64,000 nucleotides of DNA from Octopus sinensis. Lineage: Eukaryota. The notes beneath the pieces were generated by a model that searched no databases, was not told the DNA's origin, and saw only the letters and a list, made by a program, of their open reading frames with translations. Below are positions 1-16,085 of the stretch, piece by piece; the stretch's first letter is position 1; each line of letters starts with the position of its first letter. The translations under genes were made by a program, and so were the position numbers. The stretch is from the NCBI RefSeq assembly GCF_006345805.1, contig NC_043000.1:90954001-91018000 (forward strand), read 5' to 3'.

Positions 1-533
1 TTGGATATTCATCGCGTAGTGTTCCTAGTCAATTTAATCACTGTCGCAGGTGGACAAAGTAAAGAAATAGACAAAATCCCTTCAATTTATAATATTCTCT
101 AACCAAGTAATAATACACAATTATAACATATAAATGAGTAATATATAAATAAAAATGTGAAAACCACTAAAAATATTTTTTCTAATACCACTATAAGACC
201 ATATAGATTTTAAAAATTATAGAAGACCCTACATACAAAAACACTGAGTACATAGAACGAATTAGAAAAAAAACGTGAAAACCACCGGTTTTTTGGTGGG
301 AGGTCCATTTACGCGGGAGCACCGGGCAAAATGTTATAGTGCATGACTATCCTTTGGACATACGTAATGTGCGTGCAACGTTTGGTGGAAATCAATTGAG
401 AATTGTGGAAATGCATGTGTTAGTCAATATACACCCACATACTGTGATTTATATATACTAATTCTTTATTCAGGTACTCAGGTTCTTACCAGAAATACTA
501 GATAAATGAATAAATAAATAGATAAATATATAT

Positions 534-598
<65 letters not shown>

Positions 599-599
<1 letters not shown>

Positions 600-971
600 G
601 AGCAAAACGCCCCTCGTCCAATGGACGGTGTTGAGTTGTCAAACATTTAAACCAAATTTTCTCAAAACAACTTGTCCGACGTCCCATTTTGTGGTATTAT
701 TTCAAGCCAGCCGGCTTTTTGCGCAAACTGCATGTGTGCTCATAGTATCGATCGCAACAGCTGATGTACATGCGCGTAAAAATGCACGTTCCCACGGCTT
801 TATCGATCGCATTCTCACCTGCAATCGATTTTTGTAATTTTTTAAAGACTTAAACACGCCCTGATACCGTCGGTATCTACATATCAAATTTGAGCGCAAT
901 CAGATGGAGGATGCCCGAGATCCTAGAAGACACACATACACAGGCAGACAGAACTGATTTTATATAATAGA
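599..971 (-). mobile_element. Non-autonomous Helitron-like element
   Basis: On the minus strand it starts A^TC (TCTATTATATAAAATCAG). A subterminal hairpin CGTCCA-A-TGGACG lies at ~614-627, and it ends CTCG^T, one mismatch from CTAG. A/T target site. Confidence 0.65.
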
Positions 972-2826
972 TATGTAGTGAGACAGGAATGATCTATTTT
1001 GTTGCTGTAGCTTAGTTGTGCTTTGGCAGACACCAGCCAATCTGAGCTAGAGACGTAATAATAGGACTAGCAACTTCCTCCCAGCAGTATCGCGCACCAT
1101 TTTGGAATAACTTGAGCAGCTGCGGATTTGGAGGCCTACAAGCAACATCGCTTTCTTCGACATGTCACATTTTCTGTCCACCACCAACTACACGCAGCTC
1201 GTTTGATTAATATCAGTATAACGGTTTGGATGTTGGTGGTTATGTCGGGTTATCAATCATTTATTTGTGAGGCGTAGACAGAACGCTAGAAGTAATATGA
1301 GACGTAAACAGAACGCTAGAAGTAATATGCACTCGTAACGGCGTTCGGCATGTATGTTGAAGATACCGACATTTCACTAACATCACCGTTATAAGACAGT
1401 TTAAACTGGATGTGTTTTTAATACCAAGGTGAAGTCAAGTTTATCTGAAGAATGTTATTTCGTTTCTTCATAGTGGGTTGACTATTCTCTCGTTGACAAA
1501 AGCTTGTCTAACTTTATAAGGTGTATGCAAATATATCTTTAGCTAATTCAAAGATCAAAAGAAGGACTAGATTTAACAACAATCATTTATTTATAGAAAG
1601 TGAAAATGCTTACTATTAATTTATCACAACATAATAGTGATAGGAAAAATTGCAGTACATATCATAAAGAAGGAAAAACCTTTTGAAAGAATCTGTCGTG
1701 AGAAAGACGACAGGAAAATTTTTCTAGTTCCTCAAAATTACTATAAAAAAGGTTTAGAAAGGCATGACATAAGGTCATGAAGGATAAACAATGCAAAATA
1801 GCATTGCTAGAATGAGTGACAAGGTTGTAGTGTAGAATATATGTTCAGTATCAAGTATTGAAATGTCTACGTGTATATTGTTAGAAAAATTCTTACAAAG
1901 AAGAATAAATTTAAGAACTATATATTTACTACGTTAAAATATATTTTATTCATTGGTTGTTGATGAAATATAATCAAAATGTATAATCTAGTTGAATGAC
2001 GTATAGTAAATCAAGGGTTACTGAATAATTTCCCCAAAATCAGGATTTTTTGATAACAGCCGTAAACACGATTTTAAGAATTTTTCTTCGTGGAAAAGAA
2101 GCTTTCCGCGAAAATTTGAATCTACGTATGGGCAGTAAAATTGACCAATGAAAAAGCGTAAGACATTTATAAGCAAACGACAGCCGACATGTCTATGACG
2201 TCATGCTGCTGCTAAAGTCTTAACCGTTACATCAGCCTTCACTCTGTTACATATAAAACCTGTGGAGGCGCAATGAGTGTGATGAACAATACGTTACGTA
2301 ACGCAAAAATAAATTTTCTTCAGATGAATAAAAGAGAAAATTGAACATCCAGAGTTTCTCACAAAATAGAACATAGTGCAAAATGACCCAATCAACCAGT
2401 TTACGGCTCTACAGCTCTGCCAACCAGATAACTCTCTTTATTCAACTGAAGAAAGTGTTCTTTTTTTGGTTTTGTATGATGTAATGCTTCTGTTCATCTA
2501 TAAAGAACACATAAAAAACAAGTATACTGAATCTCACCCATGTGTTTTACCGTTTGTTCTTCACATAACTCGGAACGTTACATTTAGATCCGGAGCCTAC
2601 ATTCAACTGTGGAATGCGTGTAGTGAGTGTACCCCTATGTGACATTGAATATACGTTGTGTATTCTGTCAGTACACGTAAATGTGTGTATAACTGCAATG
2701 ACAAATCAGCAGTTATTTTAACAAGTACGTATTTGTGAGTACACATTGTTAGAGCACTGGCGCGCCGTCCCCGACTCTACCTTGGTCTTTTTACAATTTA
2801 AACACCTGATCCTGAAAATGTTATTA

Positions 2827-2883
2827 TATATATGTATGTATCATATCTATCTATCTACCTATCTGTCTGTCTGTCTATCATCC

Positions 2884-2938
<55 letters not shown>

Positions 2939-3122
2939 CATATATATATATAATAAACATATGTATGTATATATATACACATATATATATATACAAATAT
3001 ATACACACATATATACACACACATATGTACATATATATACACACGTGTATATACATATATATATACATAAATATATGTCATATATATATATATACATACA
3101 TGTATATATATATACACATATT

Positions 3123-3153
<31 letters not shown>

Positions 3154-3213
3154 TTATATATAATATGTGGTATATATATATATGTATATATATTATATTA
3201 ATATATGTATGTG

Positions 3214-3245
<32 letters not shown>

Positions 3246-3265
3246 ATATATATATATACATATAT

Positions 3266-3296
<31 letters not shown>

Positions 3297-3301
3297 GTAT
3301 A

Positions 3302-3367
<66 letters not shown>

Positions 3368-4060
3368 TTATATATATATATATGTATATATACATATTTA
3401 TATTGTATATCTATGATGTATCTATAATACAGATATTTATATATATATATATGTATATTACATATTTATATATATATGTGTGTATATATATATGTATATA
3501 TGTATATATGTATATATATATGATATATATATGTATATATATATATATGTATGTGTATATATATATATATATAATGTATAGATATATATATATATATATA
3601 TACATATATATAATACATATATATACTATAATATATACATATATATATAGATATACATATATATATACATATATATATTATATATATATATTATATATAT
3701 TAATATATTACAATATATATATACATATATATAATATACATATACATATATATATATAATATATATATATACAATATATATATATATCCTATAATAATAT
3801 ATATATATATATTAGTAATATTACTATATAATATATATCTATATATATATATATATATATCTACCTAATATAGACATATATATATATAATATATATATCT
3901 ACATATATCTCATCTACATATATATATACAATATATATACATATATTATATACATACATATATATATATACATATATATATACATATATATATATTTATA
4001 CATTATATATATTATACAATATATATATATATATATATATATCTAAATATATATCTATAT

Positions 4061-4092
<32 letters not shown>

Positions 4093-4103
4093 ATATATAT
4101 ATA
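2827..4103. repeat. Compound (TCTA)n/(TA)n/(TACA)n microsatellite field
   Basis: Directly visible simple repeats; source of the IY/YI-rich pseudo-ORFs. Confidence 0.97.
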
Positions 4104-4283
4104 GTTCTTACATGTCTCCAAGAGCAGGTAATAATAACTATGTGGAGATACTATGAAGATCACGAACGATGTCTCTTCAATTCGAATAAAATATAAAACA
4201 AAACAAAGTTTCAGTTTGTCACGTTCTGGCTAAAGTTCAATTTTTAATTATTTTTATTATTATTATTATAATAAACACGCATC

Positions 4284-4577
4284 ATTGGACAAATATCCTC
4301 ATTGGATATTTGATTTCAAATTGGGAACCACCTAGCCAATCAGTAGTTTACTGCTTTTCAAGGGAGCCAGAGATAAGAGATTGGTCGTGCACTCGAGACG
4401 CTTTGAGTGTATTTTGCTGGCTGAAATGATTCTGACAGCAGCTTCCGGTAGATTGTTCTAAATGCTAATGGCTAAATGGCGGAAGCTCTTATCCTGTGTT
4501 TGTAGGTCTTGGTAGTGATAGGCAGGGAGAGGGCGTGTGCAACTTCTAAAAGCTGCTATTTTTTTTTTTTTCTGCAG
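4284..4577 (+). promoter_or_regulatory. Candidate Pol II promoter: CCAAT-box cluster with Ets- and YY1-like motifs, followed by a strong splice acceptor
   Basis: ATTGG/CCAAT at 4284, 4301, 4320, 4336 and 4380. TTCAAA (CHR-like) at 4315. CTTCCGG at ~4442 and AAATGGCGGAAG at ~4474. T-tract plus CTGCAG ending at 4577. Confidence 0.5.
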
Positions 4578-4756
4578 AAGTTATTAAAGATATTCACCTA
4601 AGAAATAGACGTTTCTAGAAGTCGCTAGCCCAGTTTACTGCTAACCTTTGGTGATTTGCCAAGCAGAAAGATGGCTAGTTGTCTTGTAACTCAATGATTT
4701 TGAGTTCAAATTTTTGTTCTAGAAATTCTTTCACTCATTGAAACAATATAGGTGTA

Positions 4757-4889
4757 GGCGTGGCTGTGTGTTAAGAAGTTTGCTTCTCAACCATATGGTT
4801 CTAGGTTCAGTCTTCTACTTAGCCTCGGGCTGGCCAAATCCTTGTGAGTGGATTTGGTAGAGACGGAAAGTGAAAAATGTATATATATA

Positions 4890-4950
<61 letters not shown>

Positions 4951-5166
4951 GCGTGTGCCTGTGTTTGTCTCCCTCACCATCATTTGGCAACCGATGTTGG
5001 CGTGTTTGCATCCTCGTAACATAGCGGTTCGGCAAAAGAGACCGATAGAATAAGTACTAGTATTACAAAGAATAAATCCTAGTGTCGCTTTCTTCGACTA
5101 AAAGACCGTTTAAGGCGGTGCTTCAGCATGGCCTCAGTCAAATGACTGAAACAAGTAAAAGAATAA
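4757..5166 (+). mobile_element. tRNA-derived SINE family A (internal deletion in the head region)
   Basis: tRNA-like head GGCGTGGCTGTGTG...GGTTCAGTC, internal (TA)n, 3' CAAATGACTGAAACAAGTAAAAGA; homologous to the copies at 13.8, 25.4, 44.5 and 61.8 kb. Confidence 0.85.
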
Positions 5167-7033
5167 AATACACGTTGTTCTTCATAACTGCAGGAAATTG
5201 ATACAAGGCCATCTTGGAATGGATGTTACGTGAAATAGATAATAGATTTTACAGGTAAATATTAAATCTGATGGTTGTTCTTCACCAGTCGACGAGGAGG
5301 ATTCAATTGCACCTTCAGTTGAATTACTTTCTTCGGAATTAACGTGTAATTTCCTGAGCTAACCACAAAGACGTGTGCCCTTAACGAAATTTTGAGGCGC
5401 AACCAAAGTAAGCCTTTGAAATTTCTTATGCAATCAAGGAATTCTAAACAGTTTCCGTCTGATCCAGTATTACTCTTCAAGTATGGATAGATCAGCTATA
5501 AACTATCGGAATCTTCTTCCAATGACCTCAGAAATTTCCATGCTGGAACGAAATAACTATTTGGGCCAGTACGAACATCAACTGGATCCCTTCTAGCAGC
5601 TGACAATAAAGCATCTTGACCGATTCATAAGACATATTTCTACACTGAAAGCAACATTTTCATCTTCCTAAATAAAAACTCGAACACAGCTGAGAACTTC
5701 CTAAGAAACTTTCCAAACCATTATCATTTATATATTTATTTATATAACAAAATGATATATATAAATATTAAATTATTGCACTCATTTTTAATAAACAAAG
5801 ACAATTGTTGCTTTTTATTTGATCTATTCTGATCATAAACAGCCGTTAATGACAGGGAAAATGTTTCGACAGAAATTGATCAAGCTATGGTGAAACGTCA
5901 GCAGCGAACGGTTTCCGCAAAAGAAACTACAAAAATTTGTCTTATAGTGATGCACACACAAGAAAATATTGTCGCATTTCATGTGTTGCGATCGCTTTCG
6001 TAGCAGCAGAAATTACCTTTTAAATTTAAAATATGAGATTGTTATAGAAGTTATCTTCTCTATTGAGTATCTGCAGGTCCAAGTAGTGAGATATAGTACG
6101 TCAGAAAAATAAGGCAGAAGGTCACAGAGCCTCTTGGTCAAAGCATTAGTTCAATGAAAGCTGATATAGTTTAAGCAACAACAACATAAGTGTCTGTAAA
6201 TTATTTTTTGTGTTAGTGGAGACCGCTTTCGTGTATGGCGTAGTTTGTAAGCCCACCTATTCCTCAAACTGCAATATGTACTTCTTTACGATTGCCCGAT
6301 CCACACCTCCTAACGACAGATCTTATCTACAATTTCTCAATTAGTTAGTTATGTTCCAGTTCCATTCTGCACACATACAGCAAAACTTCTTCAGAATTTC
6401 TTTTTCTCAACCCTTCTTAAATCCCTACCATAGGCATTCATTTGCGAATTGAAACATCTTTTGCCACTTTAATGGGACAAGAGACAGACTAGTTTGTGTT
6501 ATCTGTATTACTTTGAAGTGTTGCGCATCTAAGAAGTCTCACTACTCTCTAAACTCTTCACTCTTTTCATATTTTCGAGATTTAAAGCCAGGTATGGAAA
6601 CATATAACGGAATATACGATGCCCTAAAAGTGTGATATATCCAACTTTTGTCAACTATCAACTAAATGGCTTCGATTCCAATATGAATGAGAAAATGAAA
6701 CCAATCATAAGCAACCAATTTTAGTTTCTATCCCTTATCAGTGCTGTTACTCTCAGAGAGCAATTTTTTTACCCTGCCAAATTAAATTCTTTTTCCAGGA
6801 TCAAGAGGCTAATAAAAGATCTCAACAATGCTATCAGAGTGAGCTGTATGGAAAAACAAAACATAAATTAATGTCTCATTTCATATTAGCTTCTCTAACA
6901 ATGTAGTACAATGTCTAAAATAAAACCAAAATATATTACATTTGCCGATCTTTACTATGTTGCTTCCTTTAGAAAACTTAAAGGAATTGTGTTTCCTAAT
7001 TGGTTTCATATTTCAGAACAAGGAGGACAGTTT

Positions 7034-7206
7034 AGGAGTACGGTTAAGTCGATTACAACGACTCTAGTTCTCAACTGATACTTATTTTATCGACCTCGAA
7101 ATAATTAAAGACAAAATCGACATCCGCGAAATTTAAACTCAGAATGTAAAAACCGGCAAAATCCTGCTAAGTATTTCGCCTGACTTGTAATCGATTCTGC
7201 CACTCG
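7034..7206 (-). mobile_element. SINE family B, degenerate copy
   Basis: Reverse-complement similarity to the clean copies at 37214, 49755 and 58793. Confidence 0.7.
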
Positions 7207-7691
7207 GTACCTGTTTTTCCGTATTAAGAATTTAAAAACTGATCATTCGCTTTTATACACATACGTCAACTGCATCCAAGAATCTCTGAATAATATTTTA
7301 AGATCTTAAACTCAAGATACTGCACATAACTCTTCGTATCTCTACTCTCTCACAAAAATAAGAATCTAGTGTGTGCTATTAATTCGGGGTCAAATTAAAC
7401 TCTTTGTTGATTAAAATTTGAAAATAATAATTAAAACACATTGAACTGCTTCTAAATAATTAGCTCTTTCTATTATAAGCTTTATCAAGTAATGCCTTTT
7501 ACTGAAGTTTCATTATTTCTAGTAGATTTAGAACAGTTGGGTTGCTGGGATATTGTTTGCACTCCACCCGAGTTATCATTTAGTCAAGAGTTCAAATAAA
7601 TTACGAGTACTTCACCAAGTTTTTGAGAGAACAATTTATTTTCACAAAACCAGAGTTCACCCGAGTTTCGTGCATGGGCTCCGTAGTATAT

Positions 7692-9666
<1,975 letters not shown>

Positions 9667-11984
9667 GGATGATGTTGAACCTATTGCCAACAGTCAGAGA
9701 GCTGCGACTAAGTTGAATGAATTATTCTAACAGAAATGTGACGAAGTACGTGTAGTTTTTATGGATAATCAGAAACTATTCATGCATAAAGTCTCCCTTT
9801 TTTTCCACTCCACCGAAATCGTTCAAGCGAAGGCGCCATAGTGGTCGGAGCGGTTACCCTCAGAATACAAATAGTCGAAGCAGATATCACAATGCATTTC
9901 GCTCTGCCATCAAACAATTCTACCAAAACACCGTCCTCTGAACTGGTATTTATTTATCGTTGCTGTATTAAATAAAGCAAAAAAGGAAGAAAGCAAGAAA
10001 GCGAAGGGCAAAGCTGGCATTGGCGGGATTTGAATTCAGAGGGCAGAAACTGAAGTGAATTGAGAATATCTTCTCTCCGTTTCTCTTTCTATGTCATTCA
10101 TTTGGAAACAGAATCTGCCCGAGACTCTTCTTTTGCCATGGAACAAACATTTCATATAGTATAAATTTCCAAAGCTGATGCAAAAAAAAAAAAAAGAAAT
10201 GGCACGAGTCAGCATTTTTTAAGTGCTAAAAAATGCTGTAAATGTAAAATTAAACAGTATTTCATTAGCATGCAACTTTTATTCCTGAGTCATATCAACC
10301 TTAACTCTTCCGTGTAAACTTCCTTGGCAAGCGCATAACGCTTGTCAAGGCGTTTCCGTGACACTATATAAATGTGGCTTCCTGCATCTATCATTTGGAT
10401 ATTTTCTAATTTTGTCTGTCAAATATTGACATGTTTGCCATATCTACCAGGTCTACCTCATTTTTATTTCTTTTCATTGCTGAATCAGAAACAGAGGAGC
10501 AGAGTCTATGATTATCGTTTCAAGGTCTAGATAGAGTGTAGGAGGAATGAAGGCAGTAGTCATCTAGCAGAAACCAAACCTTGCTTGAATGCTCGCAACA
10601 GAATGAACTTTGCTTAAGGTAGCCAAGGACTAGGTGGTGGTATTAAATGTGGTGACGGATTAAGTCTACCACGCAACATCTCAGATTGTAAAACGTCAGA
10701 ACAAATTCCATAAATGATTTTGTCCAAAGATCTAACAATTTCAATGGATTTAATCAAACTGTAACATGCGTAGTGATTATATCAGACAAAGACACCGTCA
10801 CTACATATGTCATACATATGTCAGGAAAACAATTATTTATATGTCCTCTTAAACATGAACAGCATGCAACTCGAGCTATCATATTCTTTTCAAATTCTTA
10901 TACCTAACCATGACTGTTTATCTCCCTTTGCAATCTCACATCTCAAGTCTCTCCTCTGTCTGTCTCTCTGTCTCTCTGTCTGTTTCTCTCTCTCTCTCTC
11001 TCTCTCTAATACATACGCACATACTCACACACATAACACACATATTTTTTGTGTTTATCTTGGTGTATTTGGATTGCATTATCCTATTTATGACATCATC
11101 TTCCTCCTCCTCCTCCTCATCATCATCATCATTCTCAACTTCTCAACACGATCATGGCAACATCAAGGTGTCATGAACAATAATACTAAAAGAATAGCAA
11201 CAATTCAAAAACAACTTAAGTGCATCCATAAACAAAATAACAGGTTCGAATTAATGAAAGAGCCACTAAATAGTCGAGTGATCTGTTAGACATAGTAGTG
11301 AAATCCTTCAACTCTGTTTTAATGTCTTCGAGAAAAACATTGGATAATATGCTGCTGGATTCTGTTACACGAAGGAAACCAGGATGGTCATAGTTGGAAT
11401 GTGTCTAATTATCGATGTGACCAATCAGGGATCTCCTCCATCTGGTACACTGTTCTGAGGATTGCTCTGGATAACCCGAGTAAATGGCTGTAACGGCGCT
11501 TGCTCCTATACCTGACCTAACCGATCATGGATGACCTGGAATTCAACATCAATAACCTTAAATTAACGACACGTTGGGTAATGTTTTCTGAGATTACAAA
11601 GAAACAAAAGGTGAGATGGTCACAACTGGAATGCCTTTGCTTATAGCTCTTAACCCTATGGTTAAGTGAGAGTAAGTTTAAGCTATTTAAATCTGCAGTG
11701 TTATTAAACTATAGCAACAACGATTTCTATACTAAAAGTAGACGAATGAAATAGCTAAGATATCAAGAACAAGAGAAATAGAAGTAGCAGCAAATATCTG
11801 TAACCATAGACACTGATAATGCATTAACCCTAGACATAGCAACGATCCTTCCTTATAGCAACAGTAATATTAAGAACACTAGCTGCTGGAACAACAACGG
11901 TGTGGCTACGAAGGCTATTGTAACATTATTCATAGCAGCAAGACACTATTGTTACAACACTAACTTCCACTCTAAAAACAACAC

Positions 11985-12018
<34 letters not shown>

Positions 12019-13162
12019 AGAGAGAGAGAAAGAGAAAGATTAACAATAATAACTGCAACAAATTCAAGCAAGAAAACCAATTATATAAAAGCAAAACTAA
12101 AATATCGAAAAACAAAAGTAAAGCATTAAAAGTAAAAGAGAACTAAACCAAACTAAACAAGAGATGGAAATGAAACAATTGGCTTAATATATAAACGTTA
12201 ATCAATCATCGAAAATGTAGATCAGCGTGGAAGAGTAGACCATAAAGTGATCAGGAGTGTTCAGTGTGACCAATCAGTGGAATCACCATTACGATAATGA
12301 ACAGACAGATGAGATAATATTGCTTAACAGAGCTACCGTCATCAATCATCCAGGAGAAAGCATATCAATGAAGGCATCAGTTTATTAGAATAATGGCGAG
12401 TATTTATCATCGATAACATTTACAAAGGTATTAAATTTGGAAAATATAGTCTTCTGTAAATGAGAGAATTTTACTGTTCTATCGTGGATTAGAAACACAC
12501 TTACTGCACAAAAATTATTATGAAACGAGCCAGATATCGCTCAAATCCCAGTCTACCAACATTGTCTTTGTGAATATAAAAAAGTTGAGGCACATTGGAT
12601 AATACATTCCTCAATACTTTTATCCATATGACATTTCGTTAACGTACGACACCTTCTGATTCTGTTTACAAGCGATTTATACTTGTTAAGGATTCTTTCA
12701 TTTAGGCATTTTTTACGTTTTCTTTTTCGTTTAATATAGACAGGTTTTTCAGATTTACCTTTTTGATTTGTTTTATCCCGTTAAACTTGAGTCGGTGAAG
12801 AAGGCTGATATTCTTAAGCAGAAGCCTTGCCTGAAAGCTTGCAACGAGGTGTATTTCGCTAAAGCACATAAGAACCAAACGGTGGTGTTAAGCTCAACAT
12901 TTAATAGACAACAATTGTTCTGAGACGAACCAGATATCGCTCAAATCTCACGCTTCCAACACGGTCTAAAAAAAAAGAGACAGGTCACATTGGATGATTT
13001 ACTCCTCGATACTCTTTTCTTTACAGTATTAGACAAACAAGTATGACAACTTGCCAGCTTATTCACTGAAGCATTTCATAGTAAAGAAAGAGGGTGACAG
13101 TTTGAAAAGACTTGATTCTTTTAAGCAGACGTGGGACTAAAAAATATACTCCTTTTTTACAA

Positions 13163-13345
13163 GTCTTGAAATTTGGGAAAGAGCGATAGTCGATTATATC
13201 GAGCCCAATGTTTCACTGGTACTTAAATTATCGACCCCGAAAGGATGAAAGGCAAAGTCGAACTCGGCGGAATTTGAACTCAGAAAGTCAAAGCCGCTAA
13301 GCATTTCGCCCGGCACGCTCACGATTCTGCCAGCTCGCCGCCTTG
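13163..13345 (-). mobile_element. SINE family B
   Basis: ATCGACCCCGAAAGGATGAAAGGCAAAGTCGAACTCGGCGGAATTTGAACTC...CTGCCAGCTCGCCGCC; B-box-like GAGTTCAAATTCC on the minus strand. Confidence 0.9.
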
Positions 13346-13811
13346 GGGTTAAAAAATATAACCAGCATTCCCACTATCATCACCACAACCACCACACACA
13401 ATAACATCAACGCAGACAACAATATTATGAATTACTTAATTTGACGTTCGAATTAACACTCCGTCGTAGGCCTCGGAGGATTTTATTGTAAAAATTTGTT
13501 CCAGATCTCCAAAGTAAAGATATCATCCTCCCTGTATGCCATCAGTTTTTTAGAATCTGAAAAGGATCACAGAAGTTGTCTTTTCTATTCTAACTAAACA
13601 TTAAAAATGATTTGAACATACATTAAGTTGTTCTTGGTGATGGCGATGTTGCTTTAAACTTAGATCAGTCTTGATCAAGCCAATGTATGATCAAGGAATT
13701 CCAGCCGTTCCTATTCTATCTGATTTTCACATACACTGTATCTTGGACGTCATTCAGTACGCTCTTTTATTAAAATAGGGATTTGCAGGAATTTAAGCAG
13801 CAATTTTTATA

Positions 13812-13973
13812 GGCGTATGAGTGGCTGTGTGGTAAATAGCTTGTTTACGAACCACATGATTCCGGTTTCAGTCCCATTGCGTGGCACCTTGGGCAAGTGC
13901 CTTCTATTATAGCCTCGGGTCAACCAAAGCCTTGTGAGTGGATTTGATAGACGGAAACTGAAAAAAGCACGTC

Positions 13974-14010
<37 letters not shown>

Positions 14011-14228
14011 TGTGTGTGTGTGTGTGTGTTTGTGTGTCTGTGTTTGTCCCCTCAACATCACTAAACAACGATTGCTGGAGTGCTTATGTCCCCGTAACTT
14101 AGCGGTTCGGCGAAAGAGACCGATAGAATAAGTACTAGGCTTACAAAGAATAAGTTCTGGGGTCGATGTGCTAGACTAAAGGCGGTGCTCCAGCATGGCC
14201 ACACTCAAATGACTGAAACAAATGAAAA
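13812..14228 (+). mobile_element. SINE family A, full-length
   Basis: tRNA-like head, CORE-like GGCACCTTGGGCAAGTG, internal (TA)n(TG)n and the 3' module. Confidence 0.9.
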
Positions 14229-14689
14229 TTAGAAAAAATTAAAAAGTGCGAAATTTGAGAATCAGAGAGATCTAGAGAAGAGAGAATTATTGCTCTATCT
14301 CGGAATAAAACATTTATTCAACAGAATTGATTCCTTCTTTCGGAAAACGGAAGGGTACGATATAAGGGAACCTTTGCTGTTACATCTAGCAGTTAGAAGA
14401 ATCAGATACAAGCTTTTCTGTTTATTCTTGTCCATTATTTCTTTCGAGGATCGGTAGTTGATCGTTGGAATCTTCAAAAGATTGCATGTCCCTGGTGGGC
14501 AATGTTTGTCATGTGGATTTGATCCCAAGCCAAGCGATTTCATTGCACTTATTAGATATACCTGTAATTACCTTCATTATTGAAGATGGATAGATACTAT
14601 CAGCGAGACTAGATTTTGAGGCATATATTACACGAAGACAAAGCTTTTGGCTGTGACCCAAATGCACACTTAATGTTATAAGAGATTTT

Positions 14690-14692
14690 ATG

Positions 14693-14788
<96 letters not shown>

Positions 14789-15200
14789 TATATATACATG
14801 TATCTATGTATGTAATTATATATCTACATATATACCTATATATATAATATATATATGAATATATATATATATACAAATACATAAATATAAATATACATAT
14901 ATTGCATATGTATTTACATACAGTAAGACACATATATTTTCTTCTAATAGTTATATATATGCATACATACAGAATACAGATATATATATATACATACCTA
15001 TATATACATACATACATACATGCATATATACATATATATATGTGTATATAAACATATATGAGTATATACACACATATACACACATACATACACGTAAGTA
15101 TACATACATGCATTCACACACACGTAAATACACACACACAGATATATATGCACATACATACTTATACATGTATGATATAATCATTACACAGACATATACA
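14690..15200. repeat. (TA)n/(TACA)n/(CA)n microsatellite field
   Basis: Directly visible. Confidence 0.95.
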
Positions 15201-15873
15201 CATACATTCTTAGTCATTTAGTCTATTTCTTTCTTTTTCCTTTTAGTCATCACGTACAATTTTACAATTTAATTCAATAGCATTTGGTTGCTAGTAGATA
15301 GCTAGACACCGGTTACCGCAGTGTTCATAAAATCATATATAATAATGAAATAGATAAACATAAAAAAGAAAATAATGACAAGCTTTCATATCAGCTCTTC
15401 AACTGGTTTAATAAATTAGTTATTTAAAAGAATTGTACCAGGTTTTCAAATGATGATGTATTTATTAGTAGAAGTCACAGTTCTAAATGTTGACGCTTTA
15501 ACGAATGTCTGATAGTAGAGAAGTCGTTTTCCTCATGATGATGATGATAATGATGACGATGAACATCATCATCATCAACATCATAATCCTTCTCCTATTC
15601 CTACTAGTCGTCGTCGTCGTCTTCGTCATCTCCTTCATCATCATCATCAATATTGGTTAATTGTCGCAAGAAACACATCAACCACGACAATAGCCAAAAA
15701 AAAAAAAACCCCAGAAAATTGCTGGCGTCCGTTTTTCTCTGTTAGATTGTGTCGAGATCGATTGTGTATTTGTGTGCGTGCGTGTATATGCATGCATGTA
15801 TGTATGTATGTATGTATGTATGTATGTATGTATGTATGTATGTATGTATGTATGTAGTATGTATGTATGTATG

Positions 15874-15916
<43 letters not shown>

Positions 15917-16085
15917 GTCTATCTATCGATCTATCTGTCTATCTATCTATTCATACACATACTCATATTATATATGCATGTATCCGTGTATTTCTGTACC
16001 TATTTATGTATGCATATATATATAGTTGAAATTTGCAGAAAATCAAGACGGAGACAGGTGTATGAACAACAAGCAGGTGTATTAG

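Noticed and set aside
1268-1329. 30-bp x2 tandem duplication
   Set aside because: Ordinary local slippage duplication.
2746-3759. Long IY/YI-rich ORFs here and throughout the ORF track
   Set aside because: Translations of (TA)n, (TACA)n and (CA)n microsatellites, which lack stop codons by construction.
4757-4810. tRNA-like sequences at SINE heads (also ~29255-29310)
   Set aside because: No complete cloverleaf; they are SINE promoters rather than tRNA genes.
5850-6010. Faint piggyBac C-terminal resemblance
   Set aside because: The key cysteines are not recoverable in one frame.
14240-14680. Region with long open frames on both strands
   Set aside because: No recognisable motif and no consistent splice context; could be chance or an unidentifiable TE relic.
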